From an uncultured Acidobacteriota bacterium (lineage in GTDB: Bacteria; Acidobacteriota; UBA6911; RPQK01; JAPXNP01), in NCBI GenBank assembly GCA_963777605.1, contig CAVZRV010000031.1, positions 128,001 through 192,000 of the forward strand: a stretch of DNA of 64,000 nucleotides, given 5' to 3'. The position numbers were made by a program, and so were the translations under genes. Positions within the stretch are counted from its first letter, which is position 1. The number at the start of each line of letters is the position of its first letter. Positions 20,864 through 32,220 of this stretch are shown here, in pieces. The notes under the pieces were generated by a model, which saw only the letters and a list, made by a program, of their open reading frames with translations, ran no database searches and was not told the DNA's origin.

Positions 20864-22623
20864 TGCGAGTCCCTCACCGCAGGTACACTGACTGCCGGCT
20901 TCTTACAGCTCGGATCGGGTCTTCCCTCTGTGATCTCCACGAACTGATTGGCTTCGAGATTCCGAAACGTCTGCACCGCGCCTGAGAGCCACTTCACCTG
21001 GAGTTCATCGATCTTGTTATTTGTACCCAAACCGAAGTTGATTCGAGGGTCGTTGCTGGACAGGAATCCACCGGCCTGATAAGCCGGCTGGGTTTGGGTC
21101 AGTTCACCTGACCGCAGCTGAAGCAGCGCACCAAAGCCGTCACGATTCCCCTTGGTTCCTCTCAGCCGCACTGAGAGCCAGTTGCGTCCCGGTTGAGCTT
21201 TGCAGATTAGGAGACTCGGGAAATCGTCGAGGTTGTTAACCACGATATCGATATCCCCGTCATTGTCGAAGTCTCCGAACGCCGCCCCGCGACCCACCCT
21301 CTTGACGAGGAGATCACCGCCAATCTGCTCCGTCACGTCTCGAAACGTATGGCCCTGATCGTTGTGTAAAATCTGAGGATGCTGCTTATAGCCGGAATCC
21401 ATTTGCCAACTTTCGATCCCGGGATAAACATGACCATTTACAATGAAAGCATCCTTCCATCCGTCCTGATCGACATCTAGGAACTTCAAGGCGAAACCAA
21501 CCATCTGCCAACTCACTGACATCAGGCCCATATCGACTGTAACGTCTTTGAAGAAACCTCCCCCGACATTTTGGTAGAGGGTATTGCAGTCGTCTGAGAA
21601 GTTGGCCACGAACAAATCCAGGAGACCGTCGTGATTGAAATCATCAACGTCTGCTCCCATACCGGATTGCTCCCGACCATCTCCACTGTACCCACATCCT
21701 CTTATAGCTCCCTCCTCGTCGAAGGTGCCATCTCCAAGATTGTGGTAGAAAAGGTTCGGAGTGGCATCGTTGGCCACAAATACGTCTAGCCAACCATCAT
21801 CATCGAAGTCGGCCCAAATCGGAGTGAATCCGTAGTACCGGCGTTGTTCAGTGCCAAACGCTTGCGTCGTTACGTCGGTAAAGGTGCCGTCCCCGTCATT
21901 GCGGTAAAGCCTGTCCGGCAGTGCATCCAGGCCACGGGGGCCGCATTGGACAGCTATACCACGGTACTGACAATAGCGGGTGCTACCCCGTGGAGGGACC
22001 TTGTCCTTCTTGAAATCGATATAGCGAGCCACATACAAATCAAGGTCGCCATCCTTGTCATAGTCCCCCCATGCCGAGCCTGTACTCCACCCGGGAACGT
22101 CGATGCCAGTTTGTTTTGTAACATCGGTGAAGGTTCCGTCGCCATTGTTTCTATAGAGGACGTCAGGTCCAAAGTTGGCCAGATACAGGTCGGCATCCCC
22201 ATCGTTGTCATAGTCTGTGGATGACGCACCCATTCCCCATCCAGGATTACCCGTGCCGCTTCTCGCGGTAACATCTTCGAAAGTGCCGTCGTGCTTGTTT
22301 CGATAGAGCGCGTTTCTTGGCACCTGCACATTGTCAGCGATCTGCGCACCTTGAAGTTCAAACGTTGTACCGTTGACGAAGTAGATGTCCAGCCAGCCGT
22401 CACCGTCGAAATCAAGAACGGCAACACCGCCTCCTTTCGATTCCACAATGTAGTCCTTTTCAGGACCCCCACTCATATGCCTGAAGGTGATTCCTGCCTC
22501 GACTCTACGATCTGTGAAGGCGAATTGCGGGACAAGGTCATTCCCGGTTACTGCGGCAACGAAGAGTATCAACGTGATGGAAAGAAGAGTAAATGGACCG
22601 AGTTGCAGAGTGTCTTTCTTCAT
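20860..22623 (-). CDS. CRTAC1 family protein (FG-GAP plus ASPIC/UnbV)
   Basis: DFDGDGWLD repeats, GRGAAFGDFDNDGD, NRDGFGA, RINFGLG. Confidence 0.92.
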   Translation of the reverse strand: MKKDTLQLGPFTLLSITLILFVAAVTGNDLVPQFAFTDRRVEAGITFRHMSGGPEKDYIVESKGGGVAVLDFDGDGWLDIYFVNGTTFELQGAQIADNVQVPRNALYRNKHDGTFEDVTARSGTGNPGWGMGASSTDYDNDGDADLYLANFGPDVLYRNNGDGTFTDVTKQTGIDVPGWSTGSAWGDYDKDGDLDLYVARYIDFKKDKVPPRGSTRYCQYRGIAVQCGPRGLDALPDRLYRNDGDGTFTDVTTQAFGTEQRRYYGFTPIWADFDDDGWLDVFVANDATPNLFYHNLGDGTFDEEGAIRGCGYSGDGREQSGMGADVDDFNHDGLLDLFVANFSDDCNTLYQNVGGGFFKDVTVDMGLMSVSWQMVGFALKFLDVDQDGWKDAFIVNGHVYPGIESWQMDSGYKQHPQILHNDQGHTFRDVTEQIGGDLLVKRVGRGAAFGDFDNDGDIDIVVNNLDDFPSLLICKAQPGRNWLSVRLRGTKGNRDGFGALLQLRSGELTQTQPAYQAGGFLSSNDPRINFGLGTNNKIDELQVKWLSGAVQTFRNLEANQFVEITEGRPDPSCKKPAVSVPAVRDSQ

Positions 22624-24446
22624 GGCTGGTCCTTGGGAAAGTCCTGAGCCTTCAGCTGTTTCATCCTTTCCCGGATTCTATCCTGAACCTGCTTAAACTG
22701 CTCGAGCATTGCACGGGCTTCTGCTGTGCGTCCCTTCTGCATAACCTGGCTCAGCAAGTAGTAAGAACTCTCGAAGTCCGGATTGGCTTCGATCGCATGT
22801 TCAAGCAGGCCTTGAGCTTCATCCAGCTTAGAGTCTCCGAAATAGATGCGGGCAAGCTCGAAAAGAGCGGGCGCGTGAGTTCCATCCAGGGCAAGAGAAC
22901 GCTGCAATTCAATTGTGGCCTGATCTTTCCTTCCGAGTTGGCCGAGAACAAGTCCCAACTGGAAGTGGTACAAGGGGTTATCCGGATCCAGTCTCATTGC
23001 CTCTTCGTAGTAGGGCAGTGCTCTCTCCCGATCTCCTGAACTGGAGAACGAATGCGCCATCAGAAAGTGGGCCTGTGCCAACGACGGCTCCAGGCTCAGG
23101 ACGCGAGCAAGGGTATCGCGCGTTTCCTCAAATTTGCCGAGATTGTAATAGCTCATGCTCAAAGTGAAAAGGTAGCGGGCCATCCCTGAGAATCTCGAGA
23201 GATGGCTCTCCAGGAGTTGGATCACCTCAGGATCTTCGCCGGGGACTGCAGAAAGTTCGAAAGTACAATGAAGGGCTGTTCATTGGCCTCCGGTCGTTGC
23301 GTCGCCGCTCTCGCCGTCTCCTCGGCCTTCTCCCAGGAATGGAGCGCCAGATAGCTTTGCATCAGGCCTTCCAGTTCCCCGAAGGACAGAAAATTGAGGG
23401 GTTGCGGCTCCAGTAGCGAAATCACGTCCGCGTAACGCTGCTCACTTACGCACAACTGGGCCAGCCTCGCCCTAGGGAAGGATCGTCGGGCCAGGATACT
23501 AGACCGGCCCTGAGCGCTCTGATAGCCGCCTCAGGTGGTCCGCCGGCAGCCCGGCAGGACTCGACGAGATCCAAGAAGAGCTTTCTGTCCGAAAGTTGTG
23601 GGCCGTATCCTCAAGAATCTTGAGCGCCTCCCTTGGCCGGCCCGTCTTCGTAAGCGAGGCTGCCATAAGCTGCGCGTCAATTTGATCCTCGATCGCGTGT
23701 CCTTCCAGAAGCGGAGGCACTTGTTCAAAGGCGCCGAGCCGGAACAAGCTGACAGCAAGCAAATGCTTGAGCTCTTCATTGCCAGGTTCCTGCGCAAGGC
23801 CTGTTTTCAGAACGCGCGCTGCTTCCTGGTAAAATCGTGATCCAAAAGCACCTTTCCGAGATCAACCCTGAGCGAAGGTGATATCTCAGGCATCCGTTCC
23901 AGGGCAGACACCAATTGCTTGGCTTCTGGCGCCCGACCTAGACTCAAAAGACCGTGGAGAAGGGGAATCGCGATCCCAACATCGTGAGGTTGTAAAGCGT
24001 GCGTTTTCTGCAAGCTCTGTACGGCTGCGCTCATATCTCCTTGGTGCATCTCAAGGATGCCGAGGTTGTAGAGCGCGCTGGGGATAGTCGGCTGGATCTG
24101 AATGACTCGCCGGTAACTCTCGATAGCCTGGGGTTCCATTCCAAGCTGAAAAGGCGGCCGCCAGCATCATCCAAGCCAAGACGGACTCAGGCTCAAGACG
24201 GACCGCCTCTTCCAGCAGAGGACGTGCGCCCCGAGGCTGGCCCTTCTCGAGCGAAGTCCGTGCCTGTCGCAGCAACTGCTGAAAGGAACCGTCGACTTGG
24301 AGAGCGAATGCGGTTGGAATGAGCACGCACAGCAAAGCAAAGCCGGAAAGCAGCGACTTGAATAAGCGAGAAGTTAAACGCAAGTCGATCGCAGAAAACG
24401 GCCGCGGGAGTAAACAGTGGAAGATCAAGTGCACAGACCTCCCCAC
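22620..24446 (-). CDS. TPR repeat protein, multiply frameshifted
   Basis: TPR motifs distributed over ORFs 24051..24446, 23807..24139, 23499..23762, 23222..23455, 22620..23225. Confidence 0.7.
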
Positions 24447-24622
24447 GTCGGCACAGGACTGCGGACATGGACTACGGTAACGAACGCATTAAAGTATACC
24501 CCGGACCTAGGCACCAGCGTCATGATCAAGCACCCTTCTGATTCTTGAACCGTACCTAACACCAATTACGCCCTGTCAAATATAATAGAGCTCCACACCA
24601 TCTCTAGCGGTCGTGAACACGA

Positions 24623-25672
24623 TCAATGTGTCCCAATTCGTCCACTCGTCAGACGGTCGACAAAAAGATTAATGAAACGCTCCCAATTCAAGTCATACTG
24701 AACTCGGATCCTCTGCGCGCCTTCTGCTCCTGGCCACACCTCGGTTCCACCAACTGAAACACCGTAATTGACTCCTTGATTAATATCGACATCAACATAT
24801 AATTCCTTGGTCATAACCAAAGACGGATCGATGAGACTGGCTACCGCAACCTGATCATACATTAGGTAATGAGAGGACATAGCTTCTTCCCGCTGGAATT
24901 GCGCCGTCATCGTCTCCCGCAGCAACTGAGTACTGGGATTAGAGACGCGCACAATCCTTTCGAAGTCCTCCTTAGAGAATCTAGTCTTTCGCGAGACATT
25001 CAACGGGGACAGTTCGATTGGAATGCCAGACCGTAGGACGATGCGAGCGGCCTCGGATCAACCCAGAAATTGAATTCGGCATTGGGCGTCACGTTGCCGG
25101 CACCATCCGGCAGTGAAGCGACTGCTCCTCCCATTATATATAGACTCTTTACAGCCATGGCGAAGTCAGGGTCTTGGCGAATCGCCATAGCAATATTGGT
25201 CAGAGGTCCGATGGCCACGATGGTGATCTCGTCCCGATTATCCAGTACCGTCCGGACGATGAAATCGACGGCAGTTCTCACTTCAGGTCTTGTTCTGGCG
25301 AATTCGCCAAGAGGGGGATCTGGGGGTCCGTCCTTCCACCACTCGCCATGTTGCTTGAAGGAGAACTCCGAAACTTCGTGGATAAGTGGCATGTTTGCAC
25401 CGGGATAGACCGGCGTTTCTCAGCAACTCGACGCCCTCAAGGACCTTGAGGGCGTCGGCGGTGGCCTGCTCACGGCTCTTGTTTCCTGCCACGGTCGTGA
25501 TCCCCAGAACCTCGATCTCCGGGGAGTTGAGCGCCAGGAGAAGGGCAAGTGCATCATCCTGCGGCGGAAGGGCGAAATCCGTATCGAAGATTACCCTATG
25601 AGGCTGGGCAAGCGTCACGGTCAGGAAGCCCTGAACAAGTAACAACGGGAGTGTCAGAAGAAGGCGATTCAT
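24623..25672 (-). CDS. Exported nucleoside hydrolase, frameshifted
   Basis: IFDTDFALPPQDDALAL, ITTVAGN, IGPLTNIA, GNVTPNAEFNFWVDP, MYDQ; three frames. Confidence 0.85.
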
Positions 25673-25797
25673 GGTGCCTCCGAACGAAAAGTGGGACCGA
25701 GAGTCCGTGTTGGCCGAGTCTTGATCCACACAAGATAGTACCGCTTTTCATGGTTCGTGGGAACCTGCTCAACGCCAATTACATCCTCTTCCTGGTA

Positions 25798-25822
25798 GGG
25801 AAATGTAGTTGACGTCGGGGAG
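25798..25822 (+). repeat. Terminal inverted-repeat-like motif, copy A
   Basis: GGGAAATGTAGTTGACGTCGGGGAG, identical at 47567-47591, inverted (23/24) at 47153-47176; preceded by TA. Confidence 0.8.
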
Positions 25823-26009
25823 GAATCATCATCCGGGGCACTTCCTCTGGCCTTGTGCGGCACGAAAGGTGGTCTGTTCGTACAGGTCGGCCAAAACCTT
25901 CAGTCGTTTTCTCGACCGCAAGACTTGCCGATCCTTACACCCGCTGAAATCGCGATGTTACACAGATGCGTCATTCCTTGGGTCGCCAGCCTTGCGGCGG
26001 TTGCCAGGG

Positions 26010-27264
26010 TCAAGAACTAGCCCGTTCTTTCGGCTTTCGAGAGAGGTAGAGCCGGCGATGCTGGCGCGGCGTGATGCCGGTGAGGGCCCGAAAGCGGCGG
26101 TTGAAATAGCTTTGGTCCGTGAAACCGACTTCGTATGCGATCTCGGCACAGGACAGCCGGGATTCCTCCAGCAAACGCTGGGCCTCGCGGATTCGCATCT
26201 CGTGAACGTGCTGCAGGATCGTCCGGCCCGTCCGTTCCTTGACCAGGTGAGCGATCCAAAGGTGCTCAGTCGGACTTCGTCGGCCAGGTCCTGGAGCCGG
26301 ACTTCTTCCTGGAAATGAGCGGCAATGTAGTCAAGCACCCGGGCAACACCCGGATGACCGCTCTCGAACCCCAACAGGTAGATGGTGTTCATAAAGTCGT
26401 CCAGGGCGTTCTTGACGACGTCGAGAGGTCCTCAAAATCCCGGGCGGCGATGATTCTCCGTCCAGCGGTGGCTGCTCTCGATCAAGAATCCCAGATGAGC
26501 GCTGTCCTGGCCCGCAGTCCGGACCAGGTAGCCCAGCATCTCGATCATGAGCGCACGCACCACGACCAGGTCGGGAGACTGGAGGAAGACCGCGCCGAGA
26601 TATCTATTCAGCAGCTTCCGTGCCCGCTTGCGGTCTCCAGAGCGGATCAGTGAGAGCAGCACACGCTCCTCCCGGAAGGGGAATTCCCGTTCCCCCCTTT
26701 CCTTCCGGCAATGGATCTCATCGGCGATCTCCCTCTGCTGGAGCGCCCACTCCCGGTTTTCGTCGAGGAGCAGAGCGGACCAGCCGCTGTCCGCATAGAA
26801 GAGCGCACAGAGTCGATTCGCAGCCTCCTGCGTCCGGACCTGCGGCCAAGCGGGAAGCGCCTTGACGAACTGGAGAGCGGCGGCGCGGGATGCTCCGCAG
26901 GCGACCAGATGGTTAGTGGCCTCCAGGCGGTCCTGGGTTCGTCCTCCGCCACGACTTCTCCACCGATCAATCCGCCTCTCGGCCGGCGGCCTTCGACGAG
27001 CGCAACCATCCAGCTGACGATCCCCGGGGCCAGGAAGTAGGTGCAGGGTTCTCCCCAACGAATCGACTCCTGCAGGGCGTGGATTCGCGTCCTTCTCAGG
27101 AAGGGCAGATCGTCGATCGGTTCCGGCCGACCGGCAAGAATCTCTCCATCCGGCCCCATGAGCCTCGGATGGACGTCATACTCCCTCTCGTACGCCGAGA
27201 AGGTTTGCTCGACCGCATTCAGCATCTGTTCTGGCACTCCGGCCGATCTCCCGCGGCTGCCCAC
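26010..27264 (-). CDS. AraC family regulator with N-terminal sensor domain, frameshifted
   Basis: LDYIAAHFQEEVRLQDLADEV and EIAYEVGFTDQSYFNRRFRALTGITP; divergent from mtaCB. Confidence 0.8.
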
Positions 27265-27368
27265 AGACTCAAAAGAGGAGCCAAGGCAGCAAAATCGTCT
27301 TAGTTCTAGCCATTCTGATCTATCCGCCGCGTCTGCACAACGGTAGAGTCTTGGCAGGGAGGCGAACC

Positions 27369-27998
27369 ATGGCTCGGATTAGTGAGCTCTTCGACGCAGT
27401 CATCGCGGGGAACCGGAAGTCCACCGTTCAGATCGTCGATCAGAACCTGAGGGAAGATGGTGATCCCTCGGATCTGCTCGAACAGACCATGATTCCAGCC
27501 ATGCGGGAAGTCGGCCGCCGATTCTCGCGGGGGGAGATCTATGTCCCGGAAATGCTGATCGCCGCCCGGGCCATGCAGGCCGGCCTCGACCTGCTCGAAC
27601 CGGCGCTTGCAAGGAAAGGGACACGGATTCGGGCAAAGGTCGCCATCGGCACGGTGAAAGGCGATCTGCACGACATTGGGAAGAACCTCGTCGTCGTCAT
27701 GCTCAAAGGCGCCGGCTTCGAGGTTGAAGACCTGGGGGTGGACTGTGCGGTTGAGAAGTTCTCCCAAGCCGTGGATCGGGGCTTCACAACGCTCTGTATC
27801 AGTGCGCTGCTCACTACGACGATGCCCTCCATGAAGACCGTCGTGGACCGATTTCGCGACCGGCCCGACGTCAGGATCGTCGTGGGCGGGGCCCCAGTCA
27901 CCGGCGAGTTTGCCCGCGAGATCGGGGCAGACGGGTTTGGAGAGGATGCCAATGAAGCCGTTCAAGTCGTCGAACGGCTGCTCGAGCCCGCATCGTAG
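27369..27998 (+). CDS. mtaC: Corrinoid (B12-binding) methyltransferase protein, MtaC-like
   Basis: Cap domain VGRRFSRGEIYVPEMLIAA; GDLHDIGKN (DxHxxG), SALLTTT, VGGAP. Confidence 0.9.
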   Translation: MARISELFDAVIAGNRKSTVQIVDQNLREDGDPSDLLEQTMIPAMREVGRRFSRGEIYVPEMLIAARAMQAGLDLLEPALARKGTRIRAKVAIGTVKGDLHDIGKNLVVVMLKGAGFEVEDLGVDCAVEKFSQAVDRGFTTLCISALLTTTMPSMKTVVDRFRDRPDVRIVVGGAPVTGEFAREIGADGFGEDANEAVQVVERLLEPAS

Positions 27999-28031
27999 TG
28001 GTCCCGGGCGGCTGTCGGCGCGGAGGAGAAA

Positions 28032-29408
28032 ATGACCGGACTTGCTATCGAACGTCTGGAGGACTTCATCTTCGGCAGCGCTCCGAAGCCGGTCCGTTGC
28101 GGAACCGGCCTGGTGATCGGCGGTGGACGAGTGGTCCCCGAAATCAACTTCACCCTTCCGTCGATCGACATCTGTGACGAGACCTGGGCCGAAGTGCGGC
28201 GGCAGTACGAAGAGATGATCCGGTCGGTACTGGAGAGGGCCGTGGAGCTCGAGACGCCGGAACTGCTGGTCGAGTTCGAAACGCTGCCGCCCATGACGGA
28301 CCGGCCCGAGTGGGGATTGGAGATTTCCGGGCTGCTCTCGGAACGGATGGCGGAATTTCACCGAAGATACGGCCTGCGGACCGCCCTGCGGCTGACACCG
28401 AACGACACGCGGGAGTTCGAACGCCCTCCGCGAATGCGTTCGAACGCACACTGGGATCACATGCTCGAGCTCTTCAACAAAGCGGGAAGCTGGGGGGCCG
28501 ACCTCCTCGCCGTGGAGTCCACCGGAGGGAAGGAGGTTTGCGACGACGCCCTGGTCGAGGCGGATCTGGCCAAGATCGTCTTCGCGCTCGGAGTTCTCGG
28601 AGCCCGCGATATGGAATTCCTCTGGCACCACCTCGTCGACGCGTGCCGGTCCCAGCACATCGTGCCTTCCGGAGATACGGCTTGCGGGTTTGCCAACACG
28701 GCGATGGTGCTGGCGGACCGGAGGATGATCCCCCGGGTTTTTGCGGCGATCGTCCGGGTCGCGTCGGTTCCAAGGAGCCTGGTGCCGTACCGCATCGGGG
28801 CCGCCGGGCCGAGCAAGGACTGTGCCTACGAGGGTCCCTATCTCAAGGCGATCGCGGGCATCCCGATCTCTATGGAGGGCCGGACCGCCGCTTGCGCGCA
28901 TCTCAGCCCGCTGGGCAACGTCAGCCAGGCCGTCTGCGATTGCTGGTCGAACGAATCGGTTCAGAATGTTCAGATGCTGAGCGGGCGGGCTCCTCGGATG
29001 TGTTTGGAGCAGCTTGTCTACGACTGCCGCCTGATGAACACGGCGCTTTCCTCGTCACCTACTCAGGCCAGGCTGTTGAGGGACTGGCTGAGCGATTCCG
29101 ATGCCCCGCTGGATCCCCAGGCCTGGCTGCTGAAACCGGACGTCGTCCTCCGAATATCCGAACAGATCGCCCGGCTCAGCGATCCCTACCTCCAGACGCT
29201 GGCCGCCGTCGGCGCCAGCCTGCAGGAATTGAAGACGGCTTTGGGTTCGGGGCGGCTGCGTCTGCCCGAGCGAGAGCGTCCCTGGCTGGATCGAATGTGC
29301 GACGAGTTCGCAAGACTTCCCGAAACCGAAGACCGAATCATCGAGAAGATGCTTGCCGACGCCTCCGTTGCAGGACGCATTCTGCCTGCCGAGTACGGGA
29401 TCGGCTGA
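28032..29408 (+). CDS. mtaB: Methanol:corrinoid methyltransferase MtaB family
   Basis: VESTGGKE, GDTACGFANTAM, GPSKDCAYEG, PISMEG..ACAH, DCWSNESVQN MtaB motifs. Confidence 0.9.
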   Translation: MTGLAIERLEDFIFGSAPKPVRCGTGLVIGGGRVVPEINFTLPSIDICDETWAEVRRQYEEMIRSVLERAVELETPELLVEFETLPPMTDRPEWGLEISGLLSERMAEFHRRYGLRTALRLTPNDTREFERPPRMRSNAHWDHMLELFNKAGSWGADLLAVESTGGKEVCDDALVEADLAKIVFALGVLGARDMEFLWHHLVDACRSQHIVPSGDTACGFANTAMVLADRRMIPRVFAAIVRVASVPRSLVPYRIGAAGPSKDCAYEGPYLKAIAGIPISMEGRTAACAHLSPLGNVSQAVCDCWSNESVQNVQMLSGRAPRMCLEQLVYDCRLMNTALSSSPTQARLLRDWLSDSDAPLDPQAWLLKPDVVLRISEQIARLSDPYLQTLAAVGASLQELKTALGSGRLRLPERERPWLDRMCDEFARLPETEDRIIEKMLADASVAGRILPAEYGIG

Positions 29409-29422
29409 GGCGGTCTGGTTCG

Positions 29423-30838
29423 TTATTGTTCTTGTTCAATCACCTTGAGTACATTTTGTGCATTATCAAGGTGAGCCTCATCCTTACCGAGTGTCAGGTA
29501 TTTCTGCAACAATTCACGTGCTCGGCTTCGATCTTTTGCATCGTAAAATAGGCCCATTCCCAATTCGTAGTAGCCTTCTGCGAATTGAGGATTCACCTCC
29601 AACACCTTCTCAAAGGCCTTGTGAGCCCCCTCCTGATTTCCTTTTCTCGTGAAGTCCTTTCCGAGCTCGTAAAAGCCCTGGTCCAGTCGTTTTGACTCCG
29701 ACTCCAACTCCCACTCCTTTTGCAGGGCCTCAAAGCCGAGCGCATACTGCTTGAGCCCGAAATAGGCTCTTGATCTCTCTCCCCAGAAGGCGGATGAATT
29801 GGCGTCGACGATGACGTCGCGAGAGTCATTCAACATGTCTAAAGCCTTCTGATACTGGGACTTGTTGTTGAGCTCTTGAACCTCGGCCAAAGCCGATGCG
29901 GACTTCTTCGCTGCCATCTGACTCTGGAACTGAGCAATCTGTTCTCCAAGGGCCCTGTACGACTGGTTCTCTGGGTCCAATGCCAGTGCCCTTTCCAGAG
30001 CGGTCTTGGCCTCTCCGACGCGCCCGAGCTTGGCATAGGCAACGGCCATACTGAAATGCAGTTGGGCATTCGACGAGTCGATTTGAACTGCCTCCTTGAG
30101 TCCCTTCAGGGCGGCCTCGTAGTCTTCGGCCTGCATCGCCGCATTCGCTTCTGACACGGCCCGTCTGACCGGTAGCGAGTCGAGGAGCTGGCTGGCGGAC
30201 TGGTACAGCCGCTCCAGCGAAGCGTTCTCGACGCTCTGCAGATCCTTGAATGCGTTGAGGATCTGCAGCTCTTTCCGAAGGCTCTCCTCGGACTCGTCCC
30301 AGCGGTTCAGACGTCCGTAGATTACGGCAAGGTTATGATAGACGAGCGGGTTGGACCGATTGATTTCGAGTGACCGCTCAAGCGCTTCCTTTGCCTCAGC
30401 AATCCGACCCTGGTTGAGAAACTCACTGCCTTGCTTTGCGTACTCTTCACTTTTCGCCAAGACCTCAGAGTCTTGGAAATAGAGCTTTTCGTCAGAGTCT
30501 CCCCGTTTCAGGTTGAGGGTTACTGTCTCTTGAGCTTGATCCTTCATGCGGAGAAACTCAAAGTAAGCGGGCGTGAAACCGTCTACCTGAGTCCAGACTC
30601 GATAGACGCCGGCATTCAGCTTATCGAACCGGGCAAGTCCTTCGCTGTTCGTCTTTGCGTCGTCAGCCTTACCATTATTCAAGCACTGCAGGTATACCTT
30701 TATACCCTTCAGTGCTCGACCATCCTGATCGATGCACTTGACTGAAATGAGCCCCGATCCTGCAAACAAAACCTGGCAAAAGGCAAAAAAGTAGGCTAGG
30801 CCAACAAGAGACCGCAAACACCTCTGTTTATGTCTCAT
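29423..30838 (-). CDS. Carboxypeptidase-regulatory-like domain plus TPR protein
   Basis: N-terminal DQDGRALKG..TNSEGLARF..GVYRV beta-sandwich followed by TPRs. Confidence 0.8.
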   Translation of the reverse strand: MRHKQRCLRSLVGLAYFFAFCQVLFAGSGLISVKCIDQDGRALKGIKVYLQCLNNGKADDAKTNSEGLARFDKLNAGVYRVWTQVDGFTPAYFEFLRMKDQAQETVTLNLKRGDSDEKLYFQDSEVLAKSEEYAKQGSEFLNQGRIAEAKEALERSLEINRSNPLVYHNLAVIYGRLNRWDESEESLRKELQILNAFKDLQSVENASLERLYQSASQLLDSLPVRRAVSEANAAMQAEDYEAALKGLKEAVQIDSSNAQLHFSMAVAYAKLGRVGEAKTALERALALDPENQSYRALGEQIAQFQSQMAAKKSASALAEVQELNNKSQYQKALDMLNDSRDVIVDANSSAFWGERSRAYFGLKQYALGFEALQKEWELESESKRLDQGFYELGKDFTRKGNQEGAHKAFEKVLEVNPQFAEGYYELGMGLFYDAKDRSRARELLQKYLTLGKDEAHLDNAQNVLKVIEQEQ

Positions 30839-31276
30839 TCTCTACTTCTCCTGGCTTAACATTGGGACAAGAATCTCTCTTGACATAGCAAACACCCATC
30901 CTGGTCTGCTTAAGGGGGTGTCCTTCGTCTTGATCGGGACACGGTGTCGACCAGGATTGCGTGAGCGTAAGATCAAATTGGGTTACCACTCTCACGTTCC
31001 AGGATGTCGTGAGTAGCCGCGTGTTGAAACCACCCCTTCGAGTTTACATCATCACCCGTCCGACGAGTAACTGCCGGGTTCGTGGGGCTCGTCGTCGCGG
31101 TTGCACTCCCTCGATCTGCGGGAGTGGCGTGCCCGCGGAATTCTCTCAACCCTGATGTGACGGATCGACGTTTCTGCGTTATCCTATGCAGGACCACTCA
31201 CGAGGCGTTTGCTCATTAGGCCTGCGATCCGCCTCTCCTCGGAGCGGTCGGCAAGACCCGGAATTGGAGAAGGCTG

Positions 31277-32217
31277 ATGGGTGCTGGAGTTGGCATCGAA
31301 TCACGGGTTCTCAATGAGATCAAACGAGCCGCGGGGGGGATCCGTCGACGGGTGATGGAGCACACCATCCTCCACAACGGCGGTTACCTGAGCCAAGCCT
31401 GTTCCTCGGCTGAAATTCTCGCAAGCATCTACCTGAAGATCGCGCGTCTGGGCAGGAGCACCGCTCCGATGGTCCCTCCGCCCTTCCAAGGGGTTCCATC
31501 AGCCTCCCAAATCGGCTATAAAGCGGGCGGAGCCTACAACGGCGCCCGCGATCCGGAGTTCGATCGTTTCTACTTGAGCCCGGCCCCTTACGCTCTGGTT
31601 CTCTACTCCACGCTCATCGAGGTTGGACGTGTGCCTCCGGCCAGCCTCGACCAGTTTAATCAGGACGGTAGCACAGTCGAAATGATCGGCGCGGAACATT
31701 CGCCCGGTTTCGAGATGATGGGGGGGCTCTCGCCCAGACCCTGAGTCAAGCTGCCGGTATTGCGCTGGCGCGCAAGTCAAAAGGACAACAGGGACGTATT
31801 TGGTATCCCGTCTGATGGGGAGTTCCAGGAGGGTCAGACCTGGGAGAGCCTGCAAACCCTGTCGCATTACCATCTCAACAATCTCGGTGTTTATGTCGAC
31901 ATCAACGGTCAGCAGTGCGATGGAAGGACAGAGAACGTCATGCAGATCGAACCTCTCATGAAGCGGATCGAGGCGTTCGGCGGCCGGGTGTTTGGGGTGG
32001 ACGGACACGACATCAGAGCCCTTGTTGAGCCATCGCAGTTGGCGCCTGACGGTCGCCCGCTCGTGGTCCTTTGTTACACCAACCCCTGCAGAGGTGTTCC
32101 ACTTCTTGAGAAGCGACGACAAAGCTCCACTATGTGCGCTTTGCCTCCTCGGAAGAACGAGAGGAATATCGCGATTTTTATGAGTCAGTGATGAAGAACC
32201 TGGAGACGGGAGAATAG
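31277..32217 (+). CDS. Transketolase-like N-terminal (ThDP-binding) subunit, frameshifted
   Basis: SDGEFQEGQTWE..N ThDP motif, DGHD; atypical GGYLSQACS. Confidence 0.85.
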
Positions 32218-32220
32218 GCG

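Noticed and set aside
27306-28901. 531-aa minus-strand ORF
   Set aside because: Antisense shadow of mtaC/mtaB in GC-rich DNA; no recognisable motifs
28310-29551. 413-aa plus-strand ORF
   Set aside because: Alternative frame of mtaB, Arg/Gly/Pro-rich, no motifs
30840-31276. Cobalamin or SAM riboswitch in the long leader before transketolase
   Set aside because: No recognisable B12-box or S-box core by eye; an Rfam scan would be needed
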